This document shows positions 34,524 through 44,921 of a stretch of 64,000 nt of DNA, piece after piece. The translations under genes and the position numbers were made by a program. Origin of the DNA: an uncultured Gemmatimonadales bacterium. GTDB taxonomy: Bacteria > Gemmatimonadota > Gemmatimonadetes > Gemmatimonadales > Gemmatimonadaceae. A model generated the notes under the pieces. It worked only from the letters and a program-made list of their open reading frames with translations, did not search any database and was not told the DNA's origin. The stretch is taken from contig CAWKNZ010000005.1 in assembly GCA_963851265.1 (NCBI GenBank), positions 32,001-96,000 on the forward strand, written 5' to 3'. Within the stretch, counting starts at the first letter, position 1. Each line of letters starts with the position of its first letter.

Positions 34524-35317
34524 GCGTGAGCGGCGGGGACGTCGAGCGCGCGGTCGTGGCGGACGGCGCCGCCGCGGCCGCGCGGGCGGCGGCGCTGTTC
34601 GCCGACGCGGCCCGGCGCGCGGTCGCGGCGCGCGGGCGGTTCGTGGTCGCGCTCGCGGGCGGCAGCACGCCCAAGGCCGCGTACGCGCTGCTCGCCGGCG
34701 CGGCGCCCGAATCTGCGTTGGGCGCCGACGTGTGGGGCGCGACGAACGTGTGGTTCGGCGACGAGCGCTGCGTGCCGCCGGACTCGCCGGACAGCAACTA
34801 CCGGATGGCGCACGAGGCGCTGTTGTCGCGGGTGCCCGTGCCCGAGGCGCAGGTCTACCGCATCGAAGGCGAGCGCGCGCCCGAGGACGCGGCTGCGCGC
34901 TACGACGCCCTGCTGCGCGGCGAGGCCGTGGCGGGGCGTGACGCGGCCGCGGCCCGCGACGGGACCGACGTGCCGCGCGACCCCGTCGGCGCGCCGCTGT
35001 TCGACCTCGTGCTGCTCGGCGTCGGGCCGGACGGGCACACGGCGTCGCTCTTTCCGGGGACGCCCGGGCTGGACGAGCAGACGCGCTGGGTGCTCGCGGT
35101 CGCGGCGCCGGTCGCGCTGACGCCCAAGGTGCCACGCATCACGCTGACGTTCCCGGCGCTCGGCGCGGCGCGCGAGGTCATGGTGCTCGCGGTCGGGGCG
35201 GAGAAGCGTGAGGCGGTGCGCGCGGCGTTCGGAGGCGGGACGGACGTGCCGCCGTCGGGCCGGGTGCGCGGTCGCGAGCGGACCGTCTGGGTACTGGACG
35301 AGGCGGCCGCCAGGTAG
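34520..35317 (+). CDS. pgl: 6-phosphogluconolactonase
   Basis: LAGGSTP, FGDERCVPP..DSNY, LLGVGPDGHTASLFP and RITLT. Confidence 0.93.
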   Translation: MSVSGGDVERAVVADGAAAAARAAALFADAARRAVAARGRFVVALAGGSTPKAAYALLAGAAPESALGADVWGATNVWFGDERCVPPDSPDSNYRMAHEALLSRVPVPEAQVYRIEGERAPEDAAARYDALLRGEAVAGRDAAAARDGTDVPRDPVGAPLFDLVLLGVGPDGHTASLFPGTPGLDEQTRWVLAVAAPVALTPKVPRITLTFPALGAAREVMVLAVGAEKREAVRAAFGGGTDVPPSGRVRGRERTVWVLDEAAAR

Positions 35318-35583
35318 TCTGCGATCGGTCGAGGGGTCGCACGTCACCCCCGCGCGAGCGGGGGCCGCGCTCCCGACCGCCACGGCCAGCAGCCGGTCGA
35401 ACGAACGACGTGCGGCAGACAGGGAATCATGCCCGTTCGGGCGAAATCATCCCCGGGGGTGTGCGCCGCGGATTCCGATGTCGCTCCGGGCTCCACGCGA
35501 CCCTGCCGGGCGCGATTGACATGCCTCGTGGGACCCGGCATCGTGGCGAGTTGCCGTTCGCGACTCCCCCGCATCCGATTCGC

Positions 35584-37746
35584 ATGCACGCCCGCCCACT
35601 CCGCGCCGGGCTCCTCGGCGCGTTCGCCACCACGCTCGCCGCGGCGGCACTCAGTGCCCCCGTAGTCGCCCAGACCCCGCGCGCGCCCGTCGCCCCCCGC
35701 CGCCCGCAGGTCGACACGCTCAACGGCGAGGTGCGCACCGACGACTACGCGTGGCTCAAGAACAAGCGCGACTCCGCCGTGCTCGCCTACCTGCGCGCCG
35801 AGAACGCCTACGGCGACTCGGTGACCGCACACACGGCCCCCCTGCGCGACACGCTCTACCGCGAAATGCTCGCGCGCGTCAAGGAGACCGACCTCTCGGT
35901 GCCGTACCGCAAGGACGGCTACTGGTACTACACGCGCACCGAGCAGGGCAAGGCGTACCCCATCTACTGCCGGCGCCGCGGCACGATGGGCGCGCCCGAG
36001 GAGGTCGTCCTCGACCAGAACGCGCGCGCGGCCGGCAAGAAGTTTCACGGGCTCGGCGGCTTCGACGTCAGCCCCGACGGCTCGACGCTGCTGTTCCTCG
36101 AGGACACCACCGCGCTCCGCGTCTACACGCTCTACGCCAAGGACCTGCGCACCGGCCGGCTCGTCGATACCGTGCCTAACGTCACCGGCGCGACGGCGTG
36201 GGCGAACGACAACCGCACCTTCTTCTACGTCACAGGCGACTCCGCCCGGCGCGACAACGCGGTCTGGCGTCACACGCTCGGCGGCGCCCGCGGCGCCGAC
36301 GCCAACGTGTTCCGCGAGGACTCGCTGCTCTACAACGTGGGCCTCGACCGCACGCGCGACGGCCGCTACGTCGTCATGGGCGCGCAGAGCTTCACCACCT
36401 CCGACTGGCGCGTGATCCCGGCCGACCGTCCGGCCGACGCGCCGCGAGCGACCGGCGGGCGGCGCGACGGCGTCGAGTACACGCTCGAACACGGGCCCGG
36501 CGGCTGGTTCATCCGCACCAACACCGGCGGCGCGGTCAACTTCAAGGTCGTGCGGGCCCCGGACGCCGACCCCACGCCGGGCGCGTGGACCGACTGGCTC
36601 CCGCACCGCGATTCGGCGTACGTGGAAGGCGTCGACGCGTTCCGCGACTTCGTCGTCGTGAGCGAGCGCACGGGCGGGATGCGCCGGCTGCGCGTCACCG
36701 AACTCGCCGCCGGGCGCTCGCACACGGTGGCGCTGCCCGAGGCCGCGTACGGCGTGTTCGCCAGCGACAACGCGGAGTTCGTGACGCCGACGTTCCGGTT
36801 CGTCTACTCGTCGCTCGTCACGCCCAACACGGTGTACGACTACGACGTCGCCGCGCGGCGGCTCGACGTCAAGAAGCGCGTCGAGGTCCCGACGTACGAC
36901 GCGTCGCGCTACGAGGTGCGGCGCCTCATGATCACCGCGCGCGACGGCACCCCGGTCCCGGTGTCGCTGCTGACGCGCAAGGGCGCGACGCCCGACCCGC
37001 GAACCCCGCTCCTCCTCTATGCGTACGGCTCGTACGGCTACACGACCGAGCCGACGTTCCACTCGCCCGTGTTCTCGCTCGTCGACCGCGGCTTCGTCTA
37101 CGCCATCGCGCACATCCGCGGAGGGCAGGAGATGGGGCGCCGCTGGTACGACGCGGGCAAGATGATGCAGAAGCGGAACACGTTCTACGACTTCGAAGAC
37201 GTGGCCGAGGGGCTGGTCAAGCTGCACTACACCTCGCCCGACCGCCTCGTCGCGAACGGCGGGTCCGCGGGCGGCCTGTTGATGGGCGTGGTCGCCAACG
37301 AGCGGCCGCAAGACTTCCGGGCGATCGTCGCCGACGTGCCGTTCGTCGACGTCGTCAACACCATGCTCGACGCCTCGCTCCCGCTCACCGCGCAGGAGTG
37401 GCTGCAGTGGGGCAACCCGCGGGTGCCTGCCGAGTACGCCTACCTCAAGACGTACTCGCCGTACGACAACGTGCGGCCGCAGGCCTACCCGTGGCTGCTG
37501 GTCACGAGTTCGCTCAACGACTCGCAGGTGGCCTTCCACGAGCCCACCAAGTGGGTCGCGAAGTTGCGCGCGACGAAGACCGACACCAACCCGCTCGTGC
37601 TGCACATGAACATGAACGGCGGGCACGGCGGGTCGTCGGGGCGCTACGACGTGCTGCGCGAGCAGGCCTACCGCTACGCGTTCATGCTGGACGCGGTCGG
37701 CCTCGCCGGCGGCTCCAGGCGCACCGCGGCGGCCGTGCAGCCGTGA
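35584..37746 (+). CDS. ptrB: Oligopeptidase B (S9A), secreted
   Basis: Signal peptide, DDYAWL, YGSYG, GGSAGG (catalytic Ser), VPFVDV, SYSPY-like TYSPYDN and GHGG. Confidence 0.92.
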   Translation: MHARPLRAGLLGAFATTLAAAALSAPVVAQTPRAPVAPRRPQVDTLNGEVRTDDYAWLKNKRDSAVLAYLRAENAYGDSVTAHTAPLRDTLYREMLARVKETDLSVPYRKDGYWYYTRTEQGKAYPIYCRRRGTMGAPEEVVLDQNARAAGKKFHGLGGFDVSPDGSTLLFLEDTTALRVYTLYAKDLRTGRLVDTVPNVTGATAWANDNRTFFYVTGDSARRDNAVWRHTLGGARGADANVFREDSLLYNVGLDRTRDGRYVVMGAQSFTTSDWRVIPADRPADAPRATGGRRDGVEYTLEHGPGGWFIRTNTGGAVNFKVVRAPDADPTPGAWTDWLPHRDSAYVEGVDAFRDFVVVSERTGGMRRLRVTELAAGRSHTVALPEAAYGVFASDNAEFVTPTFRFVYSSLVTPNTVYDYDVAARRLDVKKRVEVPTYDASRYEVRRLMITARDGTPVPVSLLTRKGATPDPRTPLLLYAYGSYGYTTEPTFHSPVFSLVDRGFVYAIAHIRGGQEMGRRWYDAGKMMQKRNTFYDFEDVAEGLVKLHYTSPDRLVANGGSAGGLLMGVVANERPQDFRAIVADVPFVDVVNTMLDASLPLTAQEWLQWGNPRVPAEYAYLKTYSPYDNVRPQAYPWLLVTSSLNDSQVAFHEPTKWVAKLRATKTDTNPLVLHMNMNGGHGGSSGRYDVLREQAYRYAFMLDAVGLAGGSRRTAAAVQP

Positions 37747-37801
37747 TCGGGCGACGACCCGCCGCCCCGCCCGCCGCGCGCTGACTGGCGCGGCGGGTTC
37801 C

Positions 37802-38455
37802 GTGTCGCCCCCGCCCGCGTTCTCGCTCTTCGAGTTGATGCGGTTCACGCCGCGGGCGGGGTTCCCGGACGGTTTCGCGCGGCTCGACGGCCACCTCGAC
37901 CGGCTCGCCGCGAGCGCCGCGCACTTCGGCTTCGCGGACCCCACGGCGGCCGCGGTCGCCGCGCTGCGGCGCGAGGCGTCGCGGCTCGCCGGCGAACCGC
38001 AGCGCTGGCGCGTGCGGCTCGTCGCGCACGCGGACGGGAGCGCGACGGTCGCGAGCGCCCTCCTGCCGCCCGACGCGTCGCGCGTGCGCACGGCCGCGCT
38101 CGCGCGCACGCCGGTCGACCGCGCCGACGTGTTTCTGCGCCACAAGACCACGCACCGCGCCGTCTACGATGCGCGCCGCGCCGAACGCACGCACGTCGAC
38201 GAGGTGCTGCTGTGGAACGCGGAGGGCGAGCTCACCGAGTTCACGACCGGCTCGCTCGTCGTCGAGGTCGGCGGGCGCCGCTGGACCCCGCCGCTCGCGT
38301 GCGGGTTGCTGGCGGGCGTCATGCGCGCGGCGCTGCTCGCGGGCGGACTCGTCGCCGAACGCGTGCTCCGCGCCGGCGACCTCGCGGGCGCGCGCACCTG
38401 GCACGTGAGCAGCCTGCGCGAGTGGGTGCCGGTGGAGATGGCGCCCTGGCCGTGA
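37802..38455 (+). CDS. Aminotransferase class IV (aminodeoxychorismate lyase-like)
   Basis: HLDRL, FLRHKTT, EVLLWN..GELTE and TPPLACGLLAGV.R. Confidence 0.8.
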   Translation: MSPPPAFSLFELMRFTPRAGFPDGFARLDGHLDRLAASAAHFGFADPTAAAVAALRREASRLAGEPQRWRVRLVAHADGSATVASALLPPDASRVRTAALARTPVDRADVFLRHKTTHRAVYDARRAERTHVDEVLLWNAEGELTEFTTGSLVVEVGGRRWTPPLACGLLAGVMRAALLAGGLVAERVLRAGDLAGARTWHVSSLREWVPVEMAPWP

Positions 38456-38573
38456 AGCCGTCACCGGGATGCAACGATCCCGGTGTGCGTCGCTGCGTTC
38501 CGTGCCGATCTTCGATATTGTCCCGCCGTCACACGGCCTCATCACCGACGTCCGTTTCCGAGCCATCCTGCGT

Positions 38574-38960
38574 ATGAGTGGTCGCAGCCCCGTCACCCGC
38601 GTCAACAAGCCGTGGGGACACGAGATCATCTGGGCCCATACCGACGAGTACGTCGGCAAGATTCTGCACGTGAAAGCCGGGCAGGCGCTCTCGGTGCAGT
38701 ACCACGAGCGCAAGGACGAAACGGTCTACCTGCTGTCGGGCGAGATGCGCTACTGGGTGAAGCCGGACGGCGTCGACGGCCCCGGCGCGCTCGAGGACAT
38801 GCGCCTGACCGAGGGCGACGCGTTCCGCATCACGCCCGGCACGGTGCACTACATCGAGGCCGTCACCGACTGCGACGTGCTCGAGGCCAGCACCCCGCAC
38901 CTCGACGACGTCGTACGGCTCAAAGATCGCTACGGCCGCGAAGGCACCAGCGCCGCCTAA
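38574..38960 (+). CDS. Cupin domain protein (mannose-6-phosphate isomerase-like)
   Basis: KPWG.E, LSVQYHERKDET and EASTPHLDDVVRL. Confidence 0.85.
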   Translation: MSGRSPVTRVNKPWGHEIIWAHTDEYVGKILHVKAGQALSVQYHERKDETVYLLSGEMRYWVKPDGVDGPGALEDMRLTEGDAFRITPGTVHYIEAVTDCDVLEASTPHLDDVVRLKDRYGREGTSAA

Positions 38961-38977
38961 ACTCTCATCACACCGTC

Positions 38978-39964
38978 ATGAAGGTCATCATCCCGCTCGC
39001 CGGCAAGGGCACGCGCCTGCGCCCCCACACGTACGTGACGCCCAAGCCCATGCTGCGCATCGCGGGCAAGCCGGTCATGGACTACGTCATGGACGACGTC
39101 AAGCAGGTGGGCGGCGTCGAGCAGGTCATCTACGTGACGGGTCACCTGAAGGAGAAGGTCGAGGCGCACGCGCGCGACGACATCGGACTGCCCGCCGTGT
39201 TCGTCGAGCAGGCGGTGCAGGACGGCACGGCCGGCGCCGTGAACCTCGCGCGCCCGTACGTCGACCAGCCGGTGCTGATCATCTTCGTCGACACGATCTT
39301 CGACGCCGACCTCTCGGTGGTCAACACGACCGACGCCGACGGCATCATCTGGACGAAGGAGGTCGAGGACTACCAGCGTTTCGGCGTCGTCGTCACCGAT
39401 GCGGACGGCTACATGACGCGCATCGTCGAGAAGCCGCGCGAGCCGATCTCGAAGCGCGCGAACATCGGCCTCTACTACGTCCGCAACTGGCAACTCCTGT
39501 ACGAGGGCATCGCTCACGTGCTCACCCAGCCGAAGAACAAGGGCGAGTACTACCTGACCGACGCCTTCCAGTACATGATCGACCGCGGCGCGAAGCTCAA
39601 GGTGATCGACGTGGCGGGCTGGTACGACGCGGGGCAGCCCGAGACGTTCCTCGACACGAACCGCGTGATGCTCGAAAAGGGGCGCGCGCGCCGGCCGGCA
39701 GCGTTAGGCGACGGGGCGCGGGTGGTCGACCCCGTCTACATCGAGGACGGCGTGACGGTGACGAACTCCACCGTCGGGCCAAACGTCAGCATTCTGGCCG
39801 GAACCGTCGTCGACGGGACGGAGATCCGCGACGCGGTGGTCGGGGCGGGGGCGCAGCTCGTGAACTGCCGGATCCACGACGCGATCATCGGCGACCGCGC
39901 CAAACTCAGTGGCTACGCGGGCGCCGGCTCAATCGGCGACGACACCGAGATCACCGCCGGGTAG
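38978..39964 (+). CDS. Sugar-phosphate nucleotidyltransferase
   Basis: PLAGKGTRLRPHT..PKP, FGVV, VEKP, GEYYLTDA and a C-terminal hexapeptide-repeat region. Confidence 0.9.
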   Translation: MKVIIPLAGKGTRLRPHTYVTPKPMLRIAGKPVMDYVMDDVKQVGGVEQVIYVTGHLKEKVEAHARDDIGLPAVFVEQAVQDGTAGAVNLARPYVDQPVLIIFVDTIFDADLSVVNTTDADGIIWTKEVEDYQRFGVVVTDADGYMTRIVEKPREPISKRANIGLYYVRNWQLLYEGIAHVLTQPKNKGEYYLTDAFQYMIDRGAKLKVIDVAGWYDAGQPETFLDTNRVMLEKGRARRPAALGDGARVVDPVYIEDGVTVTNSTVGPNVSILAGTVVDGTEIRDAVVGAGAQLVNCRIHDAIIGDRAKLSGYAGAGSIGDDTEITAG

Positions 39965-39980
39965 CCCGGCCGCGTCGGCG

Positions 39981-40018
39981 GCGGCGACGCGCGGGCGGCA
40001 CCCGCCGCGCGTCGCCGC
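39981..40018. terminator. GC hairpin between convergent genes
   Basis: 14-bp stem GCGGCGACGCGCGG/CCGCGCGTCGCCGC between the stops at 39964 (+) and 40024 (-). No U-tract. Confidence 0.5.
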
Positions 40019-40023
40019 ACCGA

Positions 40024-41241
40024 TCACTGCGCGAGCCCGGCCGCCGCGCAGACGATCGTCAGCGCGCGCGCCACTCCGAGCGCGCCGTCGACGTTCTCGT
40101 ACCACTCGCCCGGCGTGTGCGCGAGCCCGCCCCGGCCGCCGGCGCCGATCGCGACCGCCGGCACGCCGAGCCCGAGTGGCACGTTCGCGTCCGTCGACGC
40201 CGCGCCGGCCTGCGGCGTCCGCCCGATCAGGCGTGTTGCCGCGAGCGCGGCCTGCACGAGCGGATGGTCGCCCGCGATGGCGCCCGCTGGGCGGTCCCCG
40301 ATCACCTCCACCGCCGCCGTGAGCGCCGCCGTGCCCGGTGAACGCACCGCGTTCTCGTCCGCCGCGGCTGCCCTCGCCGCGCGTCGTACGACGCTCGCAT
40401 AGTCGTCGAGCCCGCGCGCGGTGGTCGCGCGCAGGTCGACTTCCAGCCACGCCTCGGCCGGGATCGCGTTCACGCTCAGGCCCCCCCCGATCCGCCCGAC
40501 GGACAGCGTGACGCGTCCGCCCGCGCCGGCCGCCGTGCCCGGCGGGAGGGCGACCTCGGCCAGTCGGGTCGCGGCGCGCGCGGCCGCGTGCACCGCGTTC
40601 ACCGTGCCGAACGCGGCCCAACTGTGCCCGCCCGGCCCGCGGAAGGTCAGCCGGAAACGGCGCGCGCCCACCGCCCGATGCACGACGCGTTCGTCGCCTG
40701 GTCCGTCGAGGACGACGGCGGCCGCGGGCCGCGCGTCGGCCGGGAACTGCGCGAAGTAGTGCTTGGCGCCGACGAGGTCGCCCAGCCCCTCCTCGCCGAC
40801 GGTAGCGACGAATTCGACGGGACGTCGGGTGCGAACCCCCTCACCGTCGAGCGCCGCGGCGAGCGCGAGGAGGGCGGCCAACCCGCGTCCGTTGTCGCCG
40901 ATCCCGGGCGCGACCAACCGGACTCCGTCCGCGCGGACCCCCGTCGGGACCTCGCGCGGGAAGACCGTGTCCATGTGCGCGCACACGGCGATCGGCGGCG
41001 TACCCGCAGCCGCGACGCCGGGCCGGCGTGCGACGACGTTGCCGGCCGCGTCGATCCGCACGTCCGGCACCCCGGCCGCCCGCAGCCGGTCGGCGATCCA
41101 GCCAGCTCGTGCCGATTCGTCGCCGGTGGGTGCGGCGATCTCGGTCACGGCGACCTGGTTCGCGACGACCATCGCGTCCGCCGCGGCGAGCCGGGCGCGG
41201 ACCGGCGCCAGCGCCGCGTACGTGGCGCCGACGTCGTCCAT
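40024..41241 (-). CDS. M20/M25/M40 family metallo-hydrolase
   Basis: AHMDTVF, PGIGDN, VGEEGLGDL, GPGGHSW and STDAN. Start approximate. Confidence 0.88.
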   Translation of the reverse strand: MDDVGATYAALAPVRARLAAADAMVVANQVAVTEIAAPTGDESARAGWIADRLRAAGVPDVRIDAAGNVVARRPGVAAAGTPPIAVCAHMDTVFPREVPTGVRADGVRLVAPGIGDNGRGLAALLALAAALDGEGVRTRRPVEFVATVGEEGLGDLVGAKHYFAQFPADARPAAAVVLDGPGDERVVHRAVGARRFRLTFRGPGGHSWAAFGTVNAVHAAARAATRLAEVALPPGTAAGAGGRVTLSVGRIGGGLSVNAIPAEAWLEVDLRATTARGLDDYASVVRRAARAAAADENAVRSPGTAALTAAVEVIGDRPAGAIAGDHPLVQAALAATRLIGRTPQAGAASTDANVPLGLGVPAVAIGAGGRGGLAHTPGEWYENVDGALGVARALTIVCAAAGLAQ

Positions 41242-41264
41242 CGGCGTGACGACCCCGCGCGCGG

Positions 41265-41456
41265 TCAGCAGCAGCGCGCGCCCGGCCGCGCGTAGCGCGC
41301 GGCGAGCCGCTCGCGCTCGAACGCCGCGCGGTCGGGCACCGGCGCGGCCGGGTCCCGGCTCCGCACGAACGTCACGTAGCGCTCGTAATCGGGCGCGCCG
41401 AGCACGGTCGGGACCGCGCGGACGAGGGCGGCGAGAAGCGAGAGGAGGCGCGACAC
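41265..41456 (-). CDS. YbdD/YjiX family small protein (usual CstA partner)
   Basis: G.PDYERYV...P...F...RY....RCC C-terminus. Confidence 0.85.
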   Translation of the reverse strand: MSRLLSLLAALVRAVPTVLGAPDYERYVTFVRSRDPAAPVPDRAAFERERLAARYARPGARCC

Positions 41457-41597
41457 GGGCAGGGCTGGGGACCACGCGAAGGTAGGGCGCGCTCCGCGGT
41501 CCCGCCACGTCGGCCGGGGTGCGGCGGGTCACCCGTTGCGACCGCTCCGTCCCGGGCGTCTCTGGCATGCCGCGCTCCTGGCTATCAATCCCCCGCC

Positions 41598-44255
41598 ATG
41601 TCTGCCCAGTCCGCCCCCGTTCCTGCAGCAGATATCACGCCCGACCGGGCCGAGCAGCTCCTGATGCTCCGCTCGAAGCTGCAGTCGACGGTGGCGATCC
41701 GGCGCGCGTTCATCCTGCTGGTCGCGATGGCGGTTGCGGCGGACTACGCCCTGTCGTGGTTCCGCGCACCGTGGTGGGTGATGATCCTGCCCGGCTTCGT
41801 CGTGCTCGCGTACAACGTGGTACTGGATGTCGCCCTGCGGCGGGGGTGGTTTGCCGCGTGGGTGGTCCAGGTGGTCGTCGCCGCCGACATTCTCGCGCTC
41901 TGCACGTTCGCGGGGCTCGCCGGTCCAACGGGTGTGGCGATGATCGCCGGCGTCGTCCTCGTCGTGGGCGGTCAGGCGCTCGGCACGCCCGAAATCGCGC
42001 GCCGGCAGCTCGCGATCGCGATTCCCGGGTACGTCATCGCCCGCAAGTTGGGACTGTCCGCTTACGGCTACGACGTGCACCTCGGACCGATGTGCGTCGA
42101 AGTCGCCTGTCTGGCCGTGCTCGGGGCACTGGCGATTCGAGGCCCGGCGGTCGTCACGCGGCGGATCCGGCGCGCCCGCGCCGCCCTCGGCGCCCTCGAG
42201 CGCGGCGACTTCACCGTGCGACTGCCGACGCGCGCGCGGGACGACCTCGGCTTTCTTGCCGCCAGCTTCAACTCGACCGCGGAAACGCTCGGGCGCACCG
42301 TGCATGCGCTGCACGCAGAGATCGGCGAGCGCGAGCGCACGCAGGTCGCGTTGCAGGATAGCGAGACGCGGCTCATGGCCGCGCGCGAGGAGGCGCAGGC
42401 GATGGCCACGCGCATGGCGATGGTGGCCGACGTAGCCGGGCGGGTGATCGGGGCCGAATCGCTCACGTCACTCCACGACGTCCTACGCGACGCGTGCTGG
42501 CACGTGTTCGGATTCGACGCGTTCGCCGTGGCGGTGTTCGGCGAGGCGTCGGCAGCGGGCCGGCCGGCCGGCGCGCCCCGCACCATCCAGCCGCTCGGCG
42601 AGAGCGACGCGGCGCTCGCGGGCGACTCCCCGGAGGCGCGCGCCCTCGCCACGCGCGTCCTGGCCGGGCGCGCCTCCTTCATCGAGACCGACGGCGACAA
42701 CCCGCTGTCGGTGTCGACGCTGGTGTCGCCGGTGTTCGGGACGGACGCCGTCCTCGGGTATCTCGCGCTTCGGGCGGACAGGCCCGGTGCGTACCGCCGC
42801 GGGGACGTGGAGGTGTTGGAGGCGCTCGCCGCGCTCGCCGCCACCGCCATCCGCAACGTCATGCTCGTCGACGCGCTGCGCGATTCGCGCGAGGCGTTCG
42901 CACACCAGGCGCGCCACGACCCGTTGACGGGCCTGGCGAACCGCGCGCGCCTGCACGAACAGCTGTCGCACGCCCTCGCCGGCCCCGCCGCGGAGGGGCT
43001 GACCGTGCTCGTCCTCGACCTCGACGGCTTCAAGCGCGTCAACGATTCGCTCGGCCACGCGGCCGGCGATGCGCTGCTCGTGCAGGTCGCCGAGCGGCTG
43101 CTCGCCGCGACGCGCGGGAGCGACACCGTCGCGCGGCTCGGCGGGGACGAGTTCGCCGTCCTGCTCGCGAACACCCGCGGCGCAGCGGACGCGGCGCTCG
43201 TCGCCGAGCGGATCCTACACATGATGCGGCTGCCGTTCGTGCTCGACGGCGCGGAGGCGGTGGTCGGGACGAGCATCGGGATCGCGCGCGCGGCGACCGA
43301 CGGCGCGGTCACCACCGGCGCCGAACCGGGGCGCGCGCGCGTGGACGCACTGCTGCGAGACGCTGACCTGGCGATGTACCGCGCGAAGGGCGCGGGGAAG
43401 GGCCGGTACGCGTTCTTCGAGGCGGTGATGCACGCCGAGGCGGTCGGACGGCTCGAGCTCGAGGCGGACCTGCGCGCGGCGCTCGCGCGCGGCGAGTTCC
43501 GGCTGCTGTACCAGCCGATCGTTGCCCTCGACGGCGGCGAGGTGGCGGGGATGGAGGCGCTGGTCCGCTGGTGGCACCCGCTGCGCGGCCTCGTCTCGCC
43601 CGCCGACTTCATCCCGCTCGCCGAGGAGACGGGGCTCATCGTCCCGCTCGGGCGGTGGGTGCTGGGCGAGGCCTGCCGCGAGGCGGCGCGGGTGCGCGAC
43701 CGCGTGGGGCGGGCGGTGACGATGACGGTCAACGTCTCGGCGCGCCAGCTCTACGACGCCGCGCTCGTCGACGACGTGCGCGCCGCGCTCGAGGCCACCG
43801 GCGTCGACCCGCACGAACTCGTGCTGGAGTTGACGGAGAGCGTGATGATCGACCGGCCGGAGCTCGCGCTCGAGCGGTTCACCGCGCTCAAGGCGTTAGG
43901 CGTACGGCTCGCGATCGACGACTTCGGGACGGGCTACTCCTCGCTCGCGTACCTGCAGCGCTTCCCGGTGGACGTGCTGAAGATCGACCGCAGCTTCGTC
44001 GACGGGCTGCGGCGCGGCGGCGCGCAGGGCGCGCTCGCGCGCACCATCGTCGCCCTCGGCGAGGCGCTGTCGCTCCGCACCGTCGCCGAGGGCATCGAGG
44101 AGTCGGAGCAGTGCGCCGCGCTGCGCGCGGTCGGGTGTCCGTTCGGCCAGGGGTACCTGTTCGCCCGCCCGCTCACGCCGGACGCGTTCGACGCGCTGCT
44201 CGACGCCCGGGGCTGCGCGCCGCCGGCCGACGAGCGCGTCGCCGTCGCTGCCTAA
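41598..44255 (+). CDS. Membrane-bound diguanylate cyclase/phosphodiesterase (TM-HAMP-GAF-GGDEF-EAL)
   Basis: Several TM helices, HAMP ([19 protein letters not shown]), [39 protein letters not shown] and QGYLF. Confidence 0.93.
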   Translation: MSAQSAPVPAADITPDRAEQLLMLRSKLQSTVAIRRAFILLVAMAVAADYALSWFRAPWWVMILPGFVVLAYNVVLDVALRRGWFAAWVVQVVVAADILALCTFAGLAGPTGVAMIAGVVLVVGGQALGTPEIARRQLAIAIPGYVIARKLGLSAYGYDVHLGPMCVEVACLAVLGALAIRGPAVVTRRIRRARAALGALERGDFTVRLPTRARDDLGFLAASFNSTAETLGRTVHALHAEIGERERTQVALQDSETRLMAAREEAQAMATRMAMVADVAGRVIGAESLTSLHDVLRDACWHVFGFDAFAVAVFGEASAAGRPAGAPRTIQPLGESDAALAGDSPEARALATRVLAGRASFIETDGDNPLSVSTLVSPVFGTDAVLGYLALRADRPGAYRRGDVEVLEALAALAATAIRNVMLVDALRDSREAFAHQARHDPLTGLANRARLHEQLSHALAGPAAEGLTVLVLDLDGFKRVNDSLGHAAGDALLVQVAERLLAATRGSDTVARLGGDEFAVLLANTRGAADAALVAERILHMMRLPFVLDGAEAVVGTSIGIARAATDGAVTTGAEPGRARVDALLRDADLAMYRAKGAGKGRYAFFEAVMHAEAVGRLELEADLRAALARGEFRLLYQPIVALDGGEVAGMEALVRWWHPLRGLVSPADFIPLAEETGLIVPLGRWVLGEACREAARVRDRVGRAVTMTVNVSARQLYDAALVDDVRAALEATGVDPHELVLELTESVMIDRPELALERFTALKALGVRLAIDDFGTGYSSLAYLQRFPVDVLKIDRSFVDGLRRGGAQGALARTIVALGEALSLRTVAEGIEESEQCAALRAVGCPFGQGYLFARPLTPDAFDALLDARGCAPPADERVAVAA

Positions 44256-44304
44256 CGATCCCCCACCGCGGCGGTCGGTGGGGCGGTTCGCGCGCGGTCC
44301 ACGC

Positions 44305-44777
44305 GCGGTCCACCCGCGGTTCACGCGCGCGGCGTAGCAGCCCGGCTTCGCGTGGTGCAGGTGCAGGTACGCGACCGCTTCCCGCGCGAACATCCGCTCG
44401 ATGGCGGGTTCCACCTCGCCCCCGTGAACGACGTCGGCGTCGACCATCATCCCGGTCGCGTCGAAGGCGCGGACCGACAGCAGGCGACGTCGGAGCGCGT
44501 CGGGCACCTCGCCCGCGCGCGGCCGCGCCTCCACGGCACCCGCGCGCACGTAGATGGCGTGGCCGGCGCGGTACGGCGTGTCAGCGGGTTGATGCTCGTA
44601 GTGGACGAGGATCACGGTCTCGCCCGGCTCGGCGTCGGCGAGCGTGACGCGGCACGGGAACCCCGGCGTGCGGTCGACGACCTGGCGGACCGCGCCGCGG
44701 GCGCGGAGGTCGTCGTCCGACATCGTGAAGAGCGGGGCGAACGGGTGTGCGGGCAGGGCGCGGATCTGGAAGGGCAC
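44305..44777 (-). CDS. DUF1203 family protein; expected stop is missing and the ORF runs on to 43896
   Basis: GFPCRVTL, PYRAGHAIYV, LLSVRAFD and YLHLHHAKPGCYAARV. Coordinates give the approximate domain extent. Confidence 0.8.
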
Positions 44778-44866
44778 GGGCGACTCCGGTGCGTGGTGCG
44801 CGGCTGAGGAACTCGGTGTCGTACGGTGCCGCCCGCGCGCCGGACGCGCGTCCCGCTTCGTGCGCT

Positions 44867-44905
44867 CGAACCGGGCGCCCGAACCGGGCGCCCGAACCGG
44901 GCGCC
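44867..44905. repeat. 13-bp tandem repeat x3 (CGAACCGGGCGCC)
   Basis: Three exact adjacent copies in the intergenic region. Confidence 0.9.
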
Positions 44906-44921
44906 CGCGCCCGCCTGTGAC

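Noticed and set aside
41265..41273. Selenocysteine readthrough at the TGA of ybdD/yjiX
   Set aside because: The protein already ends Cys-Cys, the normal Cys form of the family, and I see no SECIS-like support.
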